Assembly: GCF_963921235.1 (NCBI RefSeq)
Contig: NC_086108.1
Location: 53,942,001 to 54,006,000, forward strand
Length of the DNA stretch: 64,000 nt
From: Mobula hypostoma
Lineage: Eukaryota
Direction of reading: 5' to 3'
A program made the position numbers and the translations under genes. Below are positions 1-12,073 of the stretch, one piece after another (the first letter of the stretch is position 1; each line of letters opens with the position of its first letter). The notes below the pieces were generated by a model. That model was not told where the DNA came from. It made no database searches and saw nothing but the letters and a program-made list of their open reading frames with translations.

Positions 1-11
1 CGTTTCTCCAC

Positions 12-85
12 TCGCCCTGACTTATTTTCAAATATGCCTCGACCTCGCCCTGACTTCATCTCAAATATGCCTCAACCTCGCCTCA
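12..85. repeat. Short tandem repeat, ~33-bp unit x2.3
   Basis: ctcgccctgactt..tcaaatatgcctc(g/a)ac occurs twice, followed by a partial ctcgcc. Confidence 0.7.
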
Positions 86-174
86 CAGCTGCATGCTTCA
101 ACCCTCGACTCAGCCTCGCCTTTGCTCACCTCTTCATTGTTTGCGGTGATGCAAACTATGTATGTTAAAATTAT

Positions 175-364
175 AAACGCAAACAACAGGAATTCTGCAG
201 ATGCTGGAAATTCAAGCAACACACATCAAAGTTGCTGGTGAACGCAGCAGGCCAGGCAGCATCTCTAGGAAGAGGTACAGTCAACTTTTCAGGCCGAGAC
301 CCTTCGTCAGTCCTGACGAAGGGTCTCGGCCTGAAAGGTCGACTGTACCTCTTCCTAGAGATGT
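175..364. mobile_element. Fold-back mini Penelope-like element (pLTR with hammerhead, inverted arms)
   Basis: ~51-bp inverted arms 260-310 / 313-363; 16-bp TSD tgtatgttaaaattat at 159-174 and 365-380. Confidence 0.85.
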
Positions 365-599
365 TGTATGTTAAAATTATTTTTGTTTTAAAGATATTAA
401 TTCATTGGATAGTGGTATACTTTTATGTTATTTGCTAATATGAGTAGAACGTCCAATGAACTCTTCAGTGCTTGCATTTAATGTACACTGAGTATATGTC
501 AACACAGCAGTTCACTGAGGTTAGAGAAGCTTGCATTTTTGTTTTCCTGAGCACCAGATGAATCAGTGATTAATGAACAAGTGAGGAATGACACGAAAA

Positions 600-1690
600 G
601 CTCAGTGAAGCATACAAATAGGATATTGGCCTTCTTACTCAGGGACTGGAGTTTAAAAATAGTGAAGCATTGTTACAATCATATAGTGTGTCTGCACCTG
701 CAATACTGTGTACAGTTTTGACATTACAGTTTTGAAAGGATAAACTGGCATAGTACATGGGCCAGATTAACTAGGTTGATTCCTGGGATGAGAGGATTGT
801 CCGGTCACAAAAGGTTCTGTGTTCCTTTAAGTTTAGAAGGATGAGGATGATATAATTGAAATGTCAAGACATGGGAACATATGAAATGGTAGATGTTTCC
901 ACTAGTGAGCAAGTCTCAGACAAGGATGCATACATACAAGGGACAGTCATTTAAGACAAAGTTGCATAGGACTCTTTCACAGAGGATGGTGTATCTTTGA
1001 AATTTTCCAAACCAGCAGGTTGTGGAGGCTCCAATGCTCATTATTTAAAGGGAATATATTTTTGAAAGATTGGAGAACTGAGAGCTATGTGAAACTGGCA
1101 CAGAGAAAAGGATTTGAGGCTTAGGGCAATTATCCACAAACAAAGTGAACGGTGCAGCAGCCCTGAAAGATCAAAAGACCGACTTTAGCTCCTATTTTCT
1201 TTGTTCTCAAGTCTTCTATCAAAAACTTGAGTATAGAGCACCATACTGACTTACGCACTATAGGAGGGATTTTATTCTGAAGGAACGCGGAGGAGATTCA
1301 CCAGTATGTTGCCTAGATTGCTGGAAGAGATTAAATAGGTTGAGCTTGTATTCCCTTAGTGAGGGAGGTTGATAGAAGAATATTAGATCATGAGAGGCAT
1401 AGATAGGGTAGATAATCAGAATCGTATTACTGTGATAGGGTATTGAAAACAAGAAGGCAAAGGCTTAGAGTGTGAGTAAGGCGTATCAAAGGATGTGAGA
1501 GCTAATCTTTTACACAAGTGTGGTTGATACCTGGAGTACATTGCCAGTGATGGTGGTGGAATGATAACAATGATTATATTTAAAGAAGCATTTCATCAGA
1601 CATTTAAATAGCAAGGCAGAGAAGACCCGAAATGGGATCAGTATAGACAGGCAAAAAGGTCAACATGGATGTGGTGGTACCAAGTCTTCA
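600..1690 (+). mobile_element. Two degenerate CR1 LINE 3' fragments
   Basis: Decayed CR1 ORF2 C-terminus (YCVQFW, RRFTRMLPGL-like) and 3' UTR motifs. Confidence 0.7.
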
Positions 1691-1706
1691 TTTGGGGCAT
1701 TATTGC

Positions 1707-2337
1707 GGGAGGAAAAGATGGCAGCACGACGCAGCGCGCGCAGCTCTCCGGTGAAATGATATCGTATTTGTAAGTAGGATGCCGCACACAATTCTGATTT
1801 GATGGAGACAGATGTGAGAAGCACAGAGGAACATCTGGAGAAAACTTCTGAAATGCCGGGTTCACTGCCACTGTTACTGTGCGATCGAGAATCTCCAGAG
1901 GGAAGGCCCCAAAATCCCCGGCTTTGCCTGCTGCTGGTGACCGAGGCTGGGGTCGAAGCGTTCGGCAGAGATGGTGCTCGGTACTCGGTGTCGGAGGGCT
2001 GATAGGAGGCTCGAAGTTTTCGGACGACTCAGAGTCGGCCTGTGGTCGGGCATGGCAGGGAGAGTTTTTCTTCCTTCTCCCGTCTGCATGAGATGTGGGA
2101 CTTCCGAGAGACTTTGAACTTTTTTACTGTGACCATGGCCTGTTCTTCATCAAGTTATGGTATTATTGCACTGTTGTAACTATATGTTATAATTCTGTGG
2201 TTTTTGTTAGTTTTTCAGTCTTGGTCTGTCCTGTGTTTCTGTGATATCACACCAAAGGAATATTGTATCATTTCTTAATGCATGCATTACTAAATGACAA
2301 TAAAAGAGGACTGTGTGTCCTCATAATCTAATCTAAT
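1707..2337 (+). mobile_element. Non-autonomous LINE-derived retroelement, copy 1
   Basis: Starts ggga..AAGATGGC, GC-rich body, ends AATAAAA + hairpin GAGGAC-tgtgt-GTCCTC + (TAATC)n; second copy at 48555-49214 (-). Confidence 0.75.
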
Positions 2338-2371
2338 TTCAATGTTATACAACTATGACCCACTCAAAATA

Positions 2372-4400
2372 ACAACACAAAAAATATCACAAACACTGCA
2401 GATGCTGGAAATCCATACAACACACACAAAATACTGGAGGAACTCAGCAGGCCAGGCAGCACCTATGGAAAAAAGTACAGTCAGGTTGAGACCCTTCACC
2501 AGGACTGGAGAAAAAATGCTGAGGAGTAGATTTAAAAGGTGGAGTAGGGGAAAGAGAAACACAAGGAGATAGATGAAAACGGGAGGGGGAGGGATGAAGC
2601 AAAAAGCTAGTCAGTTGATTGGTGAAAGAGGTACAGGGCCGGAAAAGGGGGAGTCCGATAGGAGAGAAGAGAAAGCCATGGAAGAAAGAAAAGGAGCACC
2701 AGAGGAGAAGATAAGCAGACAAGGAGATAAGGCAAGAGAGGGAAAAGGGGATGGGGAATAGTGAAGGGGGGGGAACAGAAATCGATGTTCACACTGGGAG
2801 CACCGAGCACAGCATATGACCCCAACAACACTCACAGGTGACGTGTCACCTCACTTGGAAGGACTGTTTGGGGTCCTGAATGGTAGTGAGGGAGGAGGTG
2901 TAGGGGCAGGTGTAGTACTTGTTCTGCTTGCAAGGATAACCGCCAGGAGGAAGATCAGTGTGGAGGGACAAATGGACAAGGGAGTTGCGTACAGAGTGAT
3001 TCCTGGGGAAAGCAAAAGTGAGGGGGGCAGGGGGAAGATGTACTTGGTGGTGGGATCCCATTGGAGATGGCAGAAGTTGTGGAGAATTATGTGCTGGATG
3101 CGGAGGCTGGTGGGGTGGTAGGTGAGGACAAGAGGAACCCTATCCCTGGTAGGGTGGAGGGAAGATGGGGTAAGAGCAGACATGCGTGAAATGGAGGAGA
3201 TGCGGTTGAGGGCTGCATTGATGGTGGATTTCCTTCATTCTAGAATGAAAAGCCTCATCCTGAGAGCAGATGCAGCGGAGATGGAGGAATTCAGAGAAGG
3301 GGATGGCGCTTTTACAAGTAACAGGGTAGGAAGAGGTATAGTCCAGGTAGCTGTGAGAGTTCGTGGGTTTATAATAGGCATCGGTAGATAAGCTGTCAAC
3401 AGAGATGAGTTCTCAACACAAAAAATATTATGATTCCCCTTTCTTCCTGATTTTCTTCCCTCTTTTATTGTTTACTCTAGACACGGATATAAGTCACATA
3501 GCTTTGTAGGCATAGTGCTTGCCACACTTGCAGAAATAAGTGCAGGGAGGCAGATCTGCGGAGAGGGCTGAGTGAACAAGGGAGTTACATAGAGAGCAAT
3601 CTCTGAAGAAAGCAAAATGGGGTAGGGGAAGGAGTGAAAGATGTGCCTGATGGTAGGATTCTGTTAGAGATGGCAGAAGTTGCAATCAATGAATTGTTGG
3701 TTATCACATCAGTGGAGGCATGTGGTGTGGTAGGTGAGGACAAGGGGAACCCTATTCCGGTTACGTTTGGGGAGGATGGGGTGAGGGAAATGGAGGAGAT
3801 GAGAGGAGAGCCTCAAAAGCAGTGATGGGAAACCCTGTTTTCCGAAAAAGAAAAGGGAACATCTCAGAGTTCAGGAATAGAAAGCCTCATCCTGAGAACA
3901 GATGTGGCAGAGGCAGAGGAACTGAGAGAAGGGAATATCAGTGTGCAGGAGCAGGCAGAAACAATGGGCCTACTGGGATGGTTAGGATTATGGATCTTGG
4001 GTAGGAGGTGGAAACAAGCAGTGGGGTGTGCAGGAACTATAAGGCTGGTGGCAGTACATGGGAGATCTCCAGAAGTGATGAGGTTGGTACTGCCTGATCC
4101 TTCTTAGTAGGGTATTATTTAAGGGGTAAGAGGTGGTAACTGAGTGCGGCTATCTAGCCTCAGCGAGGTAGATGCTAGACTATAACAGCATCACCTTTGT
4201 CAGTGGGTTTGATAGTGAAGTTAAAATAGGTACAGAGAGAGTGGAGGGCAATGCATTCCCAGGAGCTGAGGTTGGATAAAGTGAGTGAGACAGTTGATGT
4301 CCTATTGGCAGTAAGAGATGAAAAGATCCAGAGCAGGCAGAAGGTCAGAGTAGACTGTCCAAGAGGAAAAGGAGAACTGAAGGTGGGAGAAAGGGTCATC
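2372..4400 (-). mobile_element. Degenerate Penelope-like element fragments (pLTR, GIY-YIG and RT remnants)
   Basis: pLTR with decayed hammerhead at ~2478-2505; RDRVPLVLTYHPTSLRIQHII (2851-3183 -); IKPTDKGDAVIV (~4180-4220 -), the PLE RT 'KPADKG' motif. Confidence 0.8.
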
Positions 4401-5300
4401 AAACTGCTCAGCCTGCTTTAGGCGACCCAGATCTCTCCTTATAATTCAAGGCCTCCAATCTGTGCAACAACTTTCTTGATCTTTTCTGCACCTTTTCCAG
4501 CTTAACCACATTTTTCCTAGGTGTGGTGACTGGAATGCTCCAAGTGCAACCTAACTAACATTCTATACACACACAAAATGCTGGTGGAACGCAGCAGGCC
4601 AGGCAGCATCTATAGGAAGAAGTACAGTTGAAATTTCTGTTGTTTTTAACATGCTGCGTTCCACCAGCATTTTGTGTGTGTTGCTTGAACTTCCAGCATC
4701 TGCAGATTTCCTTGTGTTAACATTCTATACAAGTGTAATATCCCAATTTTGTACTCAGTGCCTTGGCCAATGAAGACAAGCATGCCATACACCTTCTTCA
4801 TCATCCTGCCTGTCTGTATTGCCACTTTCAGGGAACTGTGTACTTGTACCTTAAGTGTTCAACAGCACTCCACGACTCTGCCGTTCCTTGTATATGTTCT
4901 GCCCTGGTTTGAATGTATTGCTTCACATTTTGAGTTAAATTCCATCTACCAATCCCTTGCCTATTTTCCCAGTTGATCTGTATCCTGTTCTAATCTTAGA
5001 GAACCTTCACTGTCCACTATACCACCCATTTTGCTGTCATCAACAAGCTTACTGTCATCATGCCACTACATTCTCAACCGAATCATCAATACATGACAAA
5101 CAACGGGAGACTGAACACTAATTCCTGACGAACACCACTAGAAAGCCTTGAATATGAAAAACCTTCCACAGCTAGTTTACCTCAGATCCTGTGTACTCTA
5201 ACTTTCTGGACCAGTCTACCATGTGGGACTTTGTCCAAAGCCTTGTGAAATCCTGGTAGACACCTGCTGTCCTGCCCTCATCAATTCTTTTGGTCACTTT
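4400..5300 (-). mobile_element. Degenerate CR1 LINE fragment
   Basis: Reverse-strand CR1 RT C-terminal remnants (KFADDSK, DF-KAFDKVPH-like). Confidence 0.65.
4570..4717. mobile_element. Fold-back mini Penelope-like insertion
   Basis: Inverted acacaaaatgctggtggaacgcagca / tgctgcgttccaccagcattttgtgt; 14-bp TSD taacattctataca at 4556-4569 and 4718-4731. Confidence 0.8.
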
Positions 5301-5489
5301 TGGAAAAAAAAACAATGACTTCATTGTCACACACCATCCTGACTTAGGTCCTTATTGTGGTATTAAATTCCTGGAACTGAGCAGTTTCTCAGTTGCAGTT
5401 TGGGACTTTTTTTGGTCATGGTGTCAACATTTTTTGTTGTTTTTAAAAAATTTCTTCACTTTGTATAAATCATTCATTCACAAGAAATT

Positions 5490-6750
5490 ATATCATAGGC
5501 AACTCCAGCATTTGTCCAATCAAGAAAACCTTCACACGTTCTACCAGTCTGTTGTCGCCAGTACAATATTTTATGCAGTGGAGTGCTGGGGTAATGGCAT
5601 CAACACGGGTGATGCCAACAGGCTCAATAAACTGATTAGAAAGTTTAACTCTGTAATAGAATTCAAGCTGGACACTCTGGTGGCTGTGGTAGAAAAAGGA
5701 CCCTACGGAGAATCCTGGCAATTCCAGGCAATGTTTCTCACTCTCTGCATGCCACCTTGGCTGAACAGAGGAGCACTTTTAGTAATAGACTAAGACAAAC
5801 ACCGCCTAATGAAGGCATTCTTCTACTCTGGAAACTTTTTGGAGAGACATTTTTAATATTATCTCAAAAGTATTGAATACAGATATCTCTCCTCACCCTA
5901 TTACTGCTATCTTTGGATTACCTAAAATTTCCAGTAATCTTTCTCCTTCAGCCCGTAGAATGATTGCATTTCTTACTTTAATGGTGCAAAGATTTATCTT
6001 ACAATATTGGAAAGAGCTTAATGCTCCAACTACCTTTTTTTGGTTTTCTCAGATGATATTATGCTTGAATTTGGAGAAAATTAGAAGCAATCTTTATGAT
6101 TCCTCACTTAAATTTGAACAGACCTGGAGATCTTTTATTCAATATTTTCATTTAATGTAATTTTTTTTCTTCTTTTTTTTGCTCCATATTTATATTCCCT
6201 TCTTGTTTTTTTTACTGTTTTTAATGGAGGTCGGGTTTGAGGACGTGATTTTAAGTTCTTTAACTCTACTTGGTTCCAAGTTAGCCCATTGCTTTGCTTT
6301 GCTTTTAGTTTAGATGCACGGTGGATTTTTTTGGAGGTTTTTTTTGGGTTTTTTTCCTTTTCTCTATTGATATATATATATATATATAGTAGTATACTAT
6401 TATGTTACCTTATTATGTTATGTTTAAATTACATTGTTTGTATCATTCTTTTTTCTGTATTAATATCTCCTGTAATTTTATTATATTCTAACAGTGTATT
6501 AGTGCCTATATGGCTTACCTTTTTGTATACTTATTCAATAAAAAGATTTAAAAAGAAAGAAAGAAGGCATTCTTAATCTCGGCCATTAGCCTCCATAATG
6601 AGTCAACCTTTAGCCGGAGAAGTGATACCCTCACCCCGCCCGCCGTTAGACTGTTTAAGTTAACTTATTTTTTTATTCTTTCTTACTTACTGTGACACTG
6701 TCATTTCCTTTGAGATCAATGAAGTCTCTACCTTTCTCTTTATCTATCTA
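5490..6750 (+). mobile_element. Rex1/Babar-type LINE 3' fragment, interrupted by an L1-clade insertion
   Basis: LHTFYQSVVASTIFYAVECWG motif typical of the Rex1 ORF C-terminus; resumes after 6575 and ends in a (TATC)n-like tail. Confidence 0.7.
5823..6562 (+). mobile_element. 5'-truncated L1/Tx1-clade LINE
   Basis: ORF 5873-6160 (AIFG...ILQYWK...LNLEKIR...FEQTWRSFI) resembles the fish L1 ORF2 C-terminus; T-rich 3' UTR, AATAAA, A-rich tail; 12-bp TSD gaaggcattctt at 5811-5822 and 6563-6574. Confidence 0.8.
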
Positions 6751-6959
6751 AAACACATTGACACATTAACAATTCTGTGGCAAGTATACTTCACACATGA
6801 TTTCTTGTTTACCTTACTCGATGGGACTTTATTTAGATGCTGGAGATTCTCTGGTTCGAAGTTGATGACAGCAATCAAATTAATTAGAGGACGGAGGCTC
6901 AGTTTCTGAGTGTAATGAAAATTGAGTTCTGATCTCTACCATGCTTTTGAGTCCCTGAG

Positions 6960-7270
6960 CAAGAGCGACGGCTTGCGACCACTAGGGGGCACAGCCGCAC
7001 CTGGGGAAAGAATCTGACTCGTCACCGGGCAACCAAAACAATACTTCCGGTATCCGAGCGTCCCGCCTTCGGTCCGCCGGGTGAGGGGCGGTCGTCAGTC
7101 GTTGGATGGTGAGTGCATTTTACTCGGGCCAGCTTCGAGTAAGGGACGCAGCCGTGGGTTGAACGGCATGTCTACTGTTGGCTGCGAATATGAAAAGCGG
7201 TTTCTTGCAAAATGGCGCGAAAGTCTATACAACTGTCGATAAAAATGCATGAGGTGTCGAACAGGTCCGA
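6960..7270 (+). promoter_or_regulatory. CpG-rich promoter / first-exon region of the UBE2U-like gene
   Basis: Only non-TE CpG-dense patch in the window. It holds a CTCF-like CCACTAGGGGGCA (6979-6991), an RFX X-box GTCACC-G-GGCAAC (7021-7033), an ETS/GABP site ACTTCCGG (7043-7050), YY1 AAAATGGCG (7209-7217) and a strong donor ATG|GTGAGT (GT at 7109). Confidence 0.7.
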
Positions 7271-7964
7271 CTGTCTCTCAGCTCTCGAAGTCTGGTTGGT
7301 GGGTTACTTGGAGCTTGCAAATCACCTCTATGTGGCAGGTTAAGGGCAAGAGACTTAAAAAGGAGTTGATGGGCATTTGTAGGGGAGTGGCTTGGCTACA
7401 GGGAAATAAAGCTAGGAGCCAGTTTGGAACCAATCGGCCGAATAACCACCTTCCGCGTCATTCTCGGTATACAATAAGGTTAATCATGGTCTGGACTGTG
7501 AATGAGAGATGCTTACTGGAGGAGCAACAGTTTGGAACAAGGCACCATCCACACCCCACTTCAGTAAAACTTTCAATAACACTATCCCCAAAGAAGATCC
7601 TCAATAACCCCTTAACTAAATCCAAATATCCTCCGAAGTACCCCCTCCAAAGAAATATCTTGATTATCCACTCTTCAAAATAAACCTTGTTATCTCTACT
7701 CATAGAACAATCTAAATACCTTCAGCATAAAATTAGCTCCCTAAAAGCATAATACAACCATGAAAACTTACTTGATCCTCCTCCAAAATCACTGTCAATA
7801 CAACTCCTGAATTCACGTAATACCTTCTTATGAAATACCACACTCCACCCCATCACTTACGTCTATCCCAGTAATCACATGACAATTAGTGCTTTTGATG
7901 CCACACAAAACTATCTTCAATGATGATCCTGCATAAAATCACCTTAAATACCTATCCCCTTGTG

Positions 7965-9725
7965 AGGGGCAAGTCGTAACTTATGAGCCTGATTGAATTC
8001 TTTTGAGGGTGTGATCAAGCACTTTGATGAAGATAGAGCAGTGGATGTGGTGTACATGGATTTTAGCAAGGCATTTAATAAGGTTCGCTAAGGTACGCTC
8101 ATTCAGAAGGTCAGGGAGCAAGGGGCCCAGGGAGACTTGGCTATGTAGATTTGGAATAGGCCTGCCTAGAGAAGGCAAAGGGCAGTAGTAAATGGAGTAT
8201 ATTCTTCCCGGAGGTCAGTGACTAGTGGTGTTCTGGGACTCCTGCTCTTAGTGATTTTTATAAATGACTTGGATGAGGAAGTGGAAGGGTGAGTTAGGAA
8301 ACTTGTATATTACCATTACCAAGGTTGGTGGAGTTGGGGATAGTGTTACAATGGGACATTGACAGGATGCAGAGCTGGTCTGAGAAGTGGCAGATGGAGT
8401 TCACCCCAGAAAAGAATGAAGTGGTTCACTTTCAAAGGTCGAATTTGAAGGCAGAATACAGGGTTAATGGTGGGATTCTTTGGAGTGTGGAGCAACCCTC
8501 CACAGGGTCCTTGTCCATGGATCCTTCAAAGTTGCCGCACAAGTTGACAGGGTTGTTAAAGAAGGCCTTCAATCATTGAGGAATTGAGTTCTATAAAACC
8601 CCGGTTACCCAAAACTTGGAGTATTGTGTTCAGTTCTGCACACCTCATTATAGGAAGGATGTGGAAGCTTTGGAGGAAATTTACCAGGATGATGCCTGGA
8701 TTAGAGAGATTGTATTAGAAGGATAGGTTGGGTGGGCTAAGACTTTTCTTTTTAGAGTGAAGGAGGACGAGAGGTGTTTTGATAGAGGCTTAGATCAAGT
8801 GGATAGCCAGGGATATTTTCCAATGGCTAATATGACAGGGCAAAATTTTAAGGTGATTGGAAGAACGTATAGGAGGAATGTCAAAGGTAAGTTTTTTTTT
8901 TAAATACAGAGTGGTGGGTACATGAAACAGCCTGCCAGGGATAGTGGTAGAGGCAAGTACATTAAGGACATTTAAGAAACTCCTAAGTAGACACATGGAT
9001 GATAGAAAAATGGAGGGAAGACCTTAAAGTAGCTTACAAGGTCAGTACAACATCATGGGCTGAAGAGCAACATCAGCCTATACTGGCTGTAATGTTCTGT
9101 GTTCAATCATCCACAGTATATTCCCAAAATAATCTTCCATCTTAGTGTTCCCACCACAATCGCTCAAAGCCCCTACCCTGAATATTCTCGACACCAGGCA
9201 TCACAAGACTTTCAATTGCCCTATATGATCCTCAATATGCAAGAATATAGAGAGAGTGCAGAAAAGACTCACAAGGGTGTTGCTGGGACTGGGAAGGCTT
9301 GAGTTATAAGGCAAGACTGGATAGGCTAGGTCTGTTTTCCCCAGAGTAAAGGAGACTGAAGTGTGACCTTATAAAGGTTTATAAAATCATGGCACATGAA
9401 TAAAGTGAAGGACTACCCTGTATTTTTCCCAGGGTAGGAGAGACTAAACTAGAAGGCATGGGCTTAAAGTGAGAGGGGAAAAAAAAATTAAAGTGGAACT
9501 GAGAGGCAAGTTTTTCCGCATAGATTGTGCTGAATAAATGGAATGACTTGGTAGAGGAGGTGGTAAAGGTTGGTAGAATTACAATGTTTAAAAGACATTT
9601 GGACAGGTGCGTGGATAGGAAAGGTTTAAAGAGATATGGGCTAAATGCAGGCAAATGAGACCAGCTTAGTTAACCTGCTTGACAAGGATGTGTTGGGCCT
9701 GTTTCTGTGCTCTATAACTCTTTGG
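7965..9725 (+). mobile_element. Two degenerate CR1 LINE 3' fragments
   Basis: VDVVYMDFSKAF, DIDRMQSWSEKWQMEF motifs; CR1 tails at ~9100 and ~9720. Confidence 0.8.
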
Positions 9726-10594
9726 TTTGAATACTATTACCACGCTATCAACACATCCTGCATCACACAATGTGCACAGAAGCCTACTAAATATACCAGC
9801 TCAATACCGTTCCTAGTTCAGTGTCCTTGTGCTACCCTTAATATTTCCATCCCCACCGTAGAAAGCACCCTGACTACTCCTCCACATTATTCCACAATTT
9901 TCCCTCAATAACCCCTATTACCTCATATACACTCTATCACATTCAAGTCAAAGACAAAACAAATAGTGCCAACAGCAGAAAGCAAGCAAAGAACATGTGG
10001 AATATCAAATATCAAACCAGGAGTCCAGTAGTATTCAGATTAGTTCAGTTCAGCATGGCTGCACTAGCCAGTGCAGGTTGCAGGGCCAGTCTTCACCGAA
10101 GTGCCTGAGTCTGCATTGATCACCCAGATCAAACCACTCAGAAACAGCAAAAATAAAGAGGAACCAGAATCCAGAAACACAAGCAACATGAACCTCAAAG
10201 TCCCCTGAAATTAGTCCACAGCCTCACCAATCAATCCTTGCAACATGGAACTCAAGAGTCCAGTACTTTCCTCCAACAGCAGCTAGTGAGAGGGAGAGGA
10301 AGATCAGGCAAACAGCGCTGAACACCCACCCGTCCTGCGCTCTTGTCTTCATTGACTTCAACCTTGCTCAGTGCTCAGTCAGAGAGAAGCAATGGAGTCA
10401 ATAATAGGCTCGTGCTCTCACACCTCATTCGGAGAGAAACAGTGGAATTGATCATCAGCTTGAGGCCTGTCTCCTTTCCTCCAGGTCTCCAGGCTGCACG
10501 CTCAGCTCCAAACCTCAGTAAACTCCCTCCGTGACAGCAAAGAGCTGGATTGCTCAATCGACCCAAGAACACACCATTAAAATGTAACTCAAAT

Positions 10595-10722
10595 CACAAA
10601 CAAGAGAAAATCAGCAGATGCTGGAAATCCAAACAACTCACACAAAATGCTGGAGGAACTCAGCAGGCCAGGCAGCATCTAGGAAAAGCGTACAGTTGAC
10701 ATTTCAGGCCGAAACTCTTCAG
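10595..10722 (-). mobile_element. Mini Penelope-like pLTR fragment with decayed hammerhead
   Basis: acacacaaaatgctggaggaactcagcaggccaggcagcatct...gttgacatttcaggccgaaactcttcagca. Confidence 0.75.
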
Positions 10723-11544
10723 CATGTAGATCACAGGTTCCAATCACACACAGCTTAGTAGTAGAATCATATTTGAAAGAAGTAGTAGTAAAATAAGTAG
10801 ATTCATGACCTGTCAGCAGGATGTTGTCGTTGGCCGCGTTGTTCACTGGCGCCTTTCTCAATTCCCAATGTTCTCTCATATTGAAATCATAGTATCCTCA
10901 GTGCCCTTAACCAGCCTCTAGTGACCACTCAGCCCTCAGTATTCCCCTAATGCCCACTGCCAGTGACTCCAAGACCATACCCAGTGCTACTTAAATGTAC
11001 CCTAATGACACCTTTAATTTGTCAGCAGCCCAAAACTTTCTGTGACCATCTAAACTTGCTTTTCAGCCTTTCTAACCCACCCTCAACTGACTTGCCCTTC
11101 ACTTTCCTCAAGATGTTTGTGCAGCTGCTATCATCTCAGTGCCTTCAACACCTCACCTTAGTGCAGCCTTCGCAGTATCTAACTTCCACTTGCAGGAACT
11201 TAGATTTATGTTTGGATATGAAGTCTTTCAACTTAAGGGGACTTCACAATCATCAAACAATCAATTTAATGTTTGTAATGTAAACACTGCTAATAATATA
11301 AGCATTGAAAAATAGACAGAAGTATAGGCATATACTATACACTTTGATAATCTGTGTGGAACTTAAGCTTTTGAATGTTTTGAGTATAGGCTTAAAAGAT
11401 AGGCAAGAGAGTTGGCACTGAAAAGTGCAATTCAATCTTAACTGTTTTCTGAGCATATTATTAAAATTAAGATGTTGAAAGGATTTTGGTAGCATTTATT
11501 TGCTCAATGTTAATAGACTGTAGAACCACTAAAGGCAAAAAGTT

Positions 11545-11830
11545 AGCTTTATTTGTCACATGTACATTAAAACATACAGTGAAATGCATCATTTTTGCCA
11601 AATTAAATCAGCAAGGACTGCTGGGCAGCCCGCAAGTGTTGCCATGCTTCCAGAGCTAACATGGAATGTCCACTTCTCACTGACCTTAACTGTATATCTC
11701 TAGAACGTGAGATGAAACCGGAGCATCTGGAGGAAACCCGTGCATTCAGGGGAGAACATACAAACTCCTTACAGACAGTGGCAGGAGTCAAACCTTGACC
11801 TTACATCTGGATTTGTGAAGTGTTGCACTA
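11545..11830 (-). mobile_element. tRNA-derived SINE (V-SINE/HE1-like)
   Basis: Reverse complement of the ctgtaaggagtttgtatgttctcccc...gggtttcctcc...ccggtttc central domain. Confidence 0.7.
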
Positions 11831-11864
11831 AATATTTTTACACCTGTTTCGTTCTCTATTGCAG

Positions 11865-11899
11865 GTATGGAAAGCAAGGCCTGTTCTCAATAGTGAACA
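11865..11899 (+). other. Candidate short 5' exon of the UBE2U-like gene
   Basis: Good acceptor gttctctattgcag| at 11864; donor aca|GTAGGT at 11900 (weaker alternative ata|GTGAAC at 11893); non-repetitive sequence. Confidence 0.4.
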
Positions 11900-12073
11900 G
11901 TAGGTTTTGAATTCACAAAATTTGCGAAGTGATGCAATCATTTTTATGTGCTATAATGGTGACCTAGGAACAAGCCACTGAACTTGCACAAATTGCATAG
12001 ACAAGAGAATTTGTACAGGTATATTTCTTCCATGATACTCAGAAGGGCTCAAAAAAGATATTCATATATGTAT

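Noticed and set aside
12..85. Direct repeats resembling a CRISPR array
   Set aside because: Adjacent tandem units without unique spacers, eukaryotic context, no cas genes.
175..364. Interpretation of the fold-back elements as DNA-transposon MITEs
   Set aside because: Inverted arms are not terminal or symmetric, TSD lengths vary, and the sequence is identical to the PLE pLTR.
232..438. Recurrent 'MLVNAAGQAASLGRG..' ORFs (also 13169, 36178, 39210)
   Set aside because: Antisense translations of the PLE pLTR, not a gene family.
7249..7683. 144-aa ORF next to the promoter
   Set aside because: No recognisable domain, lies in presumptive intron 1, low-complexity 3' half; likely a chance ORF.
9940..10590. 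Repeat-like segment on the minus strand
   Set aside because: Looks like an old non-autonomous retroelement, but I could not define its ends or family from the window.
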